From positions 34,472,001 through 34,536,000 of the forward strand of contig OX597820.1 in assembly GCA_951406725.2 (NCBI GenBank): DNA of 64,000 bases, read 5' to 3'. The position numbers were made by a program, and so were the translations under genes. Positions 55,970 to 64,000 of the stretch are shown here, piece after piece. The notes under the pieces were generated by a model. It saw only the letters and a list, made by a program, of their open reading frames with translations. It ran no database searches and was not told the origin of the DNA. Each line of letters starts with the position of its first letter. Position 1 is the first letter of the stretch. The DNA is from Octopus vulgaris. Its lineage: Eukaryota.

Positions 55970-55977
<8 letters not shown>
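55891..55977. repeat. Near-perfect ~40-bp-arm hairpin between (TA)n tracts
   Basis: ATATAAAAGTAAATAAATGGCACAACGAAGCACCGATATTT / AAATATCGGTGTTTCGTTGTGCCATTTATTTACTTTTATAT. Confidence 0.95.
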
Positions 55978-56051
<74 letters not shown>

Positions 56052-56052
<1 letters not shown>

Positions 56053-56282
56053 ATATAATTCGAGACAAAACCACTATTTTAAAACCAAACAAGGAAAGAC
56101 TTAATCAATACATAAAATTTTAATATAAATTAAATAAAATAAATGAAATTTATTTATTTTATTTATTTAATTTATATTTATTTATTTTATTTATTTTATT
56201 TAATTTATATTAAAATTTTATGTATTGATTAAGTCTTTCCTTGTTTGGTTTTAAAATAGTGGTTTTGTCTCGAATTATATTA
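56052..56282. repeat. ~90-bp-arm inverted repeat between (TA)n tracts
   Basis: AATTCGAGACAAAACCACTATTTTAAAACCAAACAAGGAAAGACTTAATCAATAC... and its exact reverse complement ending GTCTCGAATT. Confidence 0.95.
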
Positions 56283-56366
56283 TATAATATTTTACTATAA
56301 AATTGGATTTAACCCTAAATCTGATTTTTCCCTGTAATTTTGGATTCATTCCCTAATATTTATTAT

Positions 56367-56416
<50 letters not shown>

Positions 56417-56875
56417 CCAAATTGAGGGAGTGGAACAGGTAAAATCCAGGCTACATATGTTTTCTGGCTAGCAGATCATCTGATAAAATAATTATTCAAC
56501 GAAGGGTACTCAGCTCGCTACTCACCAGGCCGAAGATACCTTAATTTTATGATTTTATATCTTAAGATAAATGAAGTAGTCAGGATTTGGATAAAAACTG
56601 TTTTTTCAGTGCTTTCATCCTTTTGAGGGATTCATCATGAAAGTGCTAAATAGATAGTTTTCTTCTAAATCTTTCTCTTAATATATAACATCTGTACACC
56701 ACTTCAAACAATACATCTTCATTCCTGTTGTTAATGGGCCAGTCTTAAAAACAAGAAGGAACTGCATGAAGCAGACTGGGCTCTATATCTATACCAGTCT
56801 GCGCATGTCAGCTTCCTCCTTCCTCCCGCTAAACATCTGAGCAACGATTTATTTTTCCATTCCTCGCTTTTCGAA

Positions 56876-56914
56876 GTCTCCTGAAGAAGGGGTTATAGCC
56901 TCAAATATAGAAAT
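56876..56914 (+). ncRNA. Degenerate minimal hammerhead motif (G12 missing)
   Basis: GTCTC-CTGAAGA-A-GGGG(TTATAG)CCTC-[G]AAA-TA-T-A-GAAAT. Confidence 0.4.
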
Positions 56915-57355
56915 ACAATGTAAAACTGGTACTTCATTTTGTTTTCCCTTCCTTTGTAGTTTGCTTTGTACCTTCCCGTATTGTTCCGGCCTTACACAAC
57001 AAATCTCTTTAAAGTAATACCACCAAATTCTTCACTAAAACTACTGCATTATATATACATATATACCCCGAATTGAGTAATCCGGATAGAGTTAGCCTCC
57101 TTTTCACCATGAGTTAGAGTTAACCCCCTTTCTTTACACCGCCGGTGAAAAGTCTAGCCAGAATAAACACGTGGAAAATATACGCTTAATTAAACTTGGG
57201 TCTGCAGTTTAAAATAACCTCCACCCTACATCCACTTCGCAGCAGAATTATCAACTAAGAAATCTACTATAATGTAAGAGTCACTATTCTTTGTTTTTAT
57301 TCTCGTTACCAATGTATCCCTATGACTTTCGCTCTTCCTACCTCTACATATGTCT

Positions 57356-57412
57356 ATGCATTCTGATGATGTCTACCACTACAACTGGTAAACAGAAACG
57401 ATCGTATATGTA
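57356..57412 (+). ncRNA. Minimal type-I hammerhead ribozyme motif with full consensus core
   Basis: TGCATT-CTGATGA-TGTCTACCA(CTACAAC)TGGTAAACA-GAAA-CGATCG-T-A-TATGTA: 9-bp stem II with 1 mismatch, palindromic stem III ACGATCGT, GUA triplet. Stem I has a U.U at its first pair. Confidence 0.78.
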
Positions 57413-57507
57413 CTATTACTACCACTTTTCGTTATTAATTAATTAAATTAATGGCTTACTAGCGCAAACGACCAACTTCTTCCTGTTATTTTCCTCGATT
57501 TTCTTCT

Positions 57508-57574
<67 letters not shown>

Positions 57575-58197
57575 ACACGTATTTGTGCACAGATACGCGC
57601 GCGCTGCTCTTCATGCTTTTTGTTCGCTATTACATAATTTATTTGACAAAAAACATGGATTGCTTTACTTCTCCATAAACTAGCGGTTCGACAGAAAAGA
57701 CCTTCGGTAAAATAAGTACTAAACTTAAAATATGTACTGTGATCGATGTACTCGATTAAATCACTTGTCCTTTAATTTATAGTGGCTCCGAGCCCGCTTT
57801 TCATAGAATGGAGTTTTACAAAAACCCAATTCCATGTTTTGCCACTCTCGCTAAAATACACCATACTTTAATTAAAGAAAAGCTAATTTTGTGTATAATG
57901 TTTACTATTCAATCTTTTATGCTATCCCATCAAGGATGCTGTGTTGCAGCCTGGGTTTTGACCGTCATCCTGTGCTGAAGCTAAACTGGCAGACTGCTTT
58001 TTTAAACGTGACATACCTTCCACTACAAGAAGCATATATTTAAAATAGCTGCCCTCCACAGTCTACAAAATGCACTCTCCACGCTACACCTCGGCCAGTA
58101 TGACCCCTTTTTAGATATCTGCGTGGACTAGTGATCCTGCCCCTATATTAAATCTTTGAGAAATACTAATAAAAAAAACCCTGTGTGGATATGTATA

Positions 58198-58417
58198 ATT
58201 CTTTCTAATTTTGGCACAAGATCAATAATTTTGATGGGAGCAGGTAAGTTGATTACATCGGCCCCAGTACTTGACCGGAACGTATTTTATCAACCACAAG
58301 AGAATCAAAGGCAAAGTTGACCCTAGTGAGAATTGAGCTCAGAGCGTAAAGAACCGTGAGAAATGCAGCTGAGCATTTCATCTGACGCGCTCATGATTCT
58401 GCCAGCTCGCTGGCTTG
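58198..58417 (-). mobile_element. Diverged SINE family B
   Basis: Head and core recognisable. Confidence 0.75.
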
Positions 58418-60859
58418 AGGGCTTATATAATGACATTGCATTGGACTTTGGTACATCATCAGTTGTCTTTCTTTACAGAGCTAACAATATCTTATTTCCA
58501 TTTTAACCTCAAACAGTTTCTTTTTACTCTCTTGATACCAAACAACGGCACCCAGACCATCCATTGGTTTTATAGTACAAACTTGCCCTTTTAATGTGAT
58601 GTAAATTAAAAATCCTCTTTAAAATTTCACGCTAACTTACGTTCTAAATATCAGATTAATAACAATAAATTTATTGTTATATTTGGGGATGGTCATTTGC
58701 TTTGTCAAATAACTACACGCACTAATAATAAAATTATTTTACTACATTTTTCATAATTTTAGTAATTAACTAAAATATAGAGGTGTACTTCAGTAGAAAT
58801 ATGGTAACAAAGGGGTTAAATATAATGTTACACCTGGTTTAAATAATTTATACCTAAGAAAATTCATGACCCTCCCCCCTCTAAACACCCACTAGCCTCA
58901 TAGAACTGCTTTGTTATTTGATGTCCAACTTCATGGCCTTACAACTAAGCCCAAGGGCGGTGAATGAGGGCTACCGCAAGGTTAAGAAATACTGGACCTA
59001 ACCCTTGAAGGCGGTGCCCCAGTATGGTCGGAGTCCAATAACTGGAACAAGTAAAACAATAAAAGTATTATGTATCAAAAAGACAGGACGGTTATGGCTG
59101 GACAGTCTTTCGCCATAGGCTTTCGGGACTGACTTGAGTTTTAACAACAACAATAAAAATAACAATTAAGTAGTAACCAATAACAATGTTACTTTATTAA
59201 CAGTTTAGATTGAAGTTCGTGTCTTCAGTAAAAGTGCTGATAATGAATCAGCGACGTAAAGGCAACGTGTGTGTAGTTAGCCCAGTAATACAGGGCCGTA
59301 AAAATCAACTTAGATAACATTATGATAACAGTGTAAGAGTTTCATAACTCGTACCCAAGTAACATCTGTATAATAAACTAGCATCTATTTGATTTATACG
59401 TTCGTTTTATTTTTGTGACGGATGAATTTATAAGGAAAGTGAAACGGATGAACTGAATAATGAAATTGATGCTCGTAGTAAAGAAAGACTCCCGGCTGAT
59501 TTAATATCAGTAACGATGAGTTCAGTAGTGAGTGACGGCACTCACTATGTATTTCGTTCTTCAAGGCACGAGCCCGTAGAATACGAGAACCCAAGAACAT
59601 ATTCCGCTCGCTTTAACGTTTATAAATAAACCACAATATGGCCTGAAAATAACAACAAAAAAAACGATTTGAATGGAAAAATAATGTTTTCACGCATAAC
59701 TAAAATCTGAATAACTGCTAACTTTAAAAGCAGCCCTATAAGTGGTATATTTTACTAAAACCTCAGTAAGAGGAGTTTTAATGACAGCTCAATAACAAGT
59801 TTTCCAAAAAATATAGTACGTTCTTTATGTAACTTCATTAAATGAAAATAATTATGTATCATACATAACATATATGTAACTCTGAAAGTCATGATGCTGT
59901 GGTTTATGTCCGAGAGAAAATCTCTTCATAGACATGGTGAATTAAAACAATACATATATCGGAGGGAGATAAACATCATTCCAGCAGTGACCACGAGAAA
60001 GCCAGACGACGCTTTTCAGCCTCCTTAGGCCTTGCCAATGTTATGTACTCGCTGGTCTTATATCTAGACGAAATCTGTCACCTCCGATATATAGGAAACT
60101 GTGAATAGTACATTTAACGATGTTGCGGAAAGTCTGCTGGGTTGAATAAAAATTCGGTGTAACAATTGAAATCGCATTTGATTAAAATAGCCATCTATGT
60201 ATCATACTTAAAATATATACACCATACTTAACATATAAGACATCATGATGTGGTTTTTGACTGAGAATCTTTTCATAAACATGCTGTGTTAAAAAGATAA
60301 TATATGCAGATATGAGGCGAACATCGTCCCAACAGTGACCACGATATAATTAGAGAAACTGAAATAAAAGCTTAACTAAAGGCAGCTAAATACATTTCAA
60401 TAATAAATATACCTTAAAAGAAAATGATAATAGGTACTTTAATGAAAAGAAAAAAGGATTCTCAAAAATACAGATAGTAACAGGCCGACTTGTAACTATG
60501 GAGTACTTTTGGAACAATCAAATATCGAATACGCAATGTCTCAGCCATAGATAACAAGGTAAATATTCTACACATTAAACCCATATTTATAGAAAAGAAA
60601 AACAGAGAAGATTAACAAGTTTAGTCAAATATAGACACGTGAAAGTAGTTCTTTGGTAATAATTCTGGAAAAAAGATTATAATATAAGCGTTTAATTACA
60701 TTTTACCTAGCTAACTGGATTTAATGATATGTACTTAGGTAGATAACTTTAATAATATGTATCCATTTTAGTAAACTTGAGATTGTCAGACCATCATCTC
60801 TGTACTGGGCTGAACTAGGGGTGGTGGTGGTGGTGGTGGTTGTGGGCTTCCTAAGTGTA

Positions 60860-61790
60860 TCCAGGATAAATAATCCAATGAGGTCAGTGACCGTATGAAC
60901 GACTACACCATGGATAAGTTCAGGAATGATGTGGTAAGAATCTTCAAAGAATTTGACCTAGTTATATGAGTTACCACCAATTTGACAAAGTGCGACTTCC
61001 TGGGTGTAAGCCTAGACCTGATGACGGGTAAGTACCACACTTACAAACAGAAAGATAAATGAGGAAACTGTATATATTCATAGAAACTCCAACCAACCCC
61101 GGTCGTAATTAGAAATCTAGTCACAGGTAGAAGACTCTCTATCCTATCAACAGACAGATATATCTTCAACAGGGCCGCGACTCACTATAACGAAGTATTA
61201 GCGAAGAGTAGCTTTACTGTTAAGTATATATGGAGGACGAGCCATCTCCCATCCCCGAATTCGAAGAGAGTCAAAAGGAGAAAAGTGATGTCGTTCAGTT
61301 CTCCATGCAACCTAGAAGTTTCAACTAACATAGGCAGGAGCTTCCTGACACTAATTAAAAAAACATTTCTCTAGAACCCATAGGCATCATAACCTCTTCA
61401 ATCCCCACAAGGTCAACGTCAGCTACGCCTGCTTAGACAATATCACTTCAAAACTCGCACGCTACAATACATGCAAACACATTCCTACACAATCTCCAAT
61501 CAACACCCCCAACCTATAACTGCTGAAATCTTAGCGAATTCCCACTTGGATACCGACGGTATTGCAAGACACTACACAGGCATGGCAACTTATAACTTCT
61601 AAGTGAAGGTGTACACAGTACATAAACTCCTTCAAAAGCAGTGATAGGGAAATCTCCACTTCCGCATCCCACTTTACCTGGAAACTCCTTGACCATCGAA
61701 ATGGCTTCACCAACATCAAATGGAGTATCAATGGCAGGGCCTCTCATTACTCACTTATGGTTCGCAATTGTCAACTCTGTCACCCTGATA
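60860..61790 (+). mobile_element. Penelope-like element remnant (RT C-terminal half, linker, GIY-YIG endonuclease)
   Basis: TNLTKCDFLGVSLDLMTGKY, VYIHRNSNQP, RRLSILST...IFNRAATHYNEVL, EVSTNIGRSFLTLIK, LFNPHKVNVSYAC, then HYTGMAT.NF...SFK...FTWKL. Many stops and frameshifts. Confidence 0.88.
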
Positions 61791-62166
61791 GACTACATAT
61801 ACGCCACCCATTCATAGTATCAATCTATAGGATGAATGATTTATATCATTGTTGCCGCGTCAGAAATACACCTCTGACATTTAACAACTCAAATACATAT
61901 ATGGATGAAATATATATATATATATATGAATGAATGGATGGATGGATGGAAAATAGTGTAATGTGCTCGTGTCATCATCTCTGGTGTCATGTATTTTTTA
62001 CATTAACTAAAACTTATATTCCCCGAGTACATTGCAGAGTCAGGAGCTAAACGGATGATGTAAATCTGAGGTCAGTTTATATGTATATATACTATTAGCG
62101 ATGTATTGAATGCGCGACACATCACAAAGAAACATACCGCTAACGCTTGAATTTCTATAACAAAAT

Positions 62167-62230
<64 letters not shown>

Positions 62231-62457
62231 GCACGCACGCACGCACACGCACACACACACACACTCACTTTCTTTTTTTTTCGCTCTCTCTCTCTCCTTC
62301 TCTCGGCCTCAGACACTTCATTGTCATAATGGTGAAGGCAAATATAAATTTCCCCAACAGAAAGACAAAATGAACACTCAAACAAGGCACAAGACATAGT
62401 CCACAGTAACAGCGGTTTCTTATGGCTATAATAATGATAATAAAAATGATAATAATG

Positions 62458-62519
<62 letters not shown>

Positions 62520-62638
62520 TGCAACAACAATAAGAAGAAAAAATAAATGCAAATGCAGTCTGTATTGCATCACATGCACAATTAGATCAGCCGATGAAGC
62601 AGCATAGCAGTGAAACATTGCAAAGTTTAAGTCATTGG

Positions 62639-62703
<65 letters not shown>

Positions 62704-62869
62704 GTATGTATGTATGTATGTATGTATCTGGACGCATCAGATTATATCTCGATATAACCTGAAATTTCATAATGCAGAAATCCATAAGGTGAAATGTATT
62801 TCCTATTAGCTTCTATATCGCGAAGGAGCCAATGGGAATTTCATTTCAGGTTTCTCAATTCCAGGTTAT

Positions 62870-63248
62870 GGTAAATCGATTACATCAACCCGATTACTTT
62901 ACTGGTACTTATTTTATCGATCCCGAAAGGATGAATAGTAAAGTTGACCTAAGCGGAATTTGAACCCAGAATATAAAGCCGGACAAAATTCTGCTAAGCA
63001 TTTTGCCCGGCGTGGTTAACGATTCTACCAGCTCGCCGCCTTAATAATGATAATAATGGTTTCAAATTTTGCCACAAGGGCAGTCATTTTGGGTGAGGGG
63101 ATGAGTCGATTACATCAACCCCAGTATTCAACTGATACTTAATTTATCGACATTGAAAGGATAATAGGCAAAGTCGACCTCGGCAGAATTTGAACTCAGA
63201 ACGTAACGGCAGACGAAATACCGCTAAGCATTTCGCCCGACGTGCTAA
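62870..63248 (-). mobile_element. Two tandem SINE family B copies
   Basis: About 62870-63042 and 63055-63248. Confidence 0.85.
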
Positions 63249-63269
63249 ATAATAATAATAATAATAACG

Positions 63270-63810
63270 TAAATGTGTCCTCTGTTGGTATCTTTTGGTC
63301 CGGAAGGAGAGACTGTTTTCGTTTCTACCTGGTGTCTATGGCGAAAGAAGTTATATTTGTAGACTAAAAGGAATGAAGACATACTTTCCTTTTGACCAAG
63401 TCGTCATCGACTTCTTTTTAACTTCTATTTAAAATGAAAGTTGAAGGTGGAGAGAGGGATATCTTCCTACTTTCCTCAATAAATTTATTGAAAGGTGGGC
63501 GAATGAGGCAGGCGAGCATGGTCCAAGGAGCGGGCCTATTCTGAGCCTGCACCTGTAAGATGGAGAGATCAGTTTGAAGAGAGGCGTCTCCTTACGTTTC
63601 CCTTCAGATTCGGGGGAGGGGGCAGGGTTAATCCAGGATCAGTGGGGTTTCCTAGTTACCCCTTGATGTCATTCTCCCATATGGAGAGAATGACATTTGT
63701 TGTCATCAATTTTTTTGTTAATTGTATATATGTAAATCTTTCTGTCCTTTGTTCTAAATGCCGTTTGTGGCGTTTGCAGCCAATAAACATCATCATGATC
63801 ATGATCATCT
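63270..63810 (+). mobile_element. Diverged Tx1 LINE 3' end ending in AATAAA-(CAT)n
   Basis: LVSMAKEVI...RLKG...DFF...KLKVER...FIERWAN is homologous to 68-454. Confidence 0.7.
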
Positions 63811-63927
63811 TTCAGTAATCTTATTTTTACCACGTACTTTCTCTGCACTATCGAGCGTAACAGTGTGTGCCTTGGGTATGTGCTGTGGTGTGTTAGTATT
63901 TTTACAGTATTTTACTGTCTTATTATC

Positions 63928-64000
63928 ATTCTTCTTCTTCTTCTTCTTCTTCTTCTTCTTCTTCTTCTTCTTCTTCTTCTTCTTCTTCTTCTTCTTCTTC
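63928..64000. repeat. (TTC)n microsatellite
   Basis: Direct reading; runs off the window end. Confidence 0.95.

Noticed and set aside
56598-56646. Minus-strand ATGATGA-ATCC..GGAT-GAAAGCAC hammerhead-like motif
   Set aside because: C3 and the UH site are both broken; possibly a relic but not supportable as a feature.

Overview
Eukaryotic, AT-rich, repeat-saturated intronic or intergenic DNA. No intact host gene is recognisable. The tRNA-headed SINE families and extreme (TA)n/(TATC)n/(TATG)n/(AAT)n/(CA)n load suggest an octopod cephalopod genome (inference). Almost all ORFs in the track are microsatellite artefacts. Real coding remnants come from decayed mobile elements: Tx1/L1, RTE-BovB, R4/Dong-type and CR1-group LINEs, a Penelope-like element (RT plus GIY-YIG), four mariner relics, a solo LTR, two GG-ended MITEs and a probable Helitron. 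The most interesting signal is non-coding. Short modules anchored in (TA)n tracts carry minimal type-I hammerhead ribozyme folds with palindromic stem III (24672, 31995, 32468, 56876, 57356; half-motif at 26461), and several (TA)n-anchored modules form long fold-backs. This fits Penelope pLTR/retrozyme-like RNAs. Each retroelement family also ends in its own microsatellite class, and two SINE families share 3' tails with LINEs in this window. Many repeat boundaries are approximate (read by eye).
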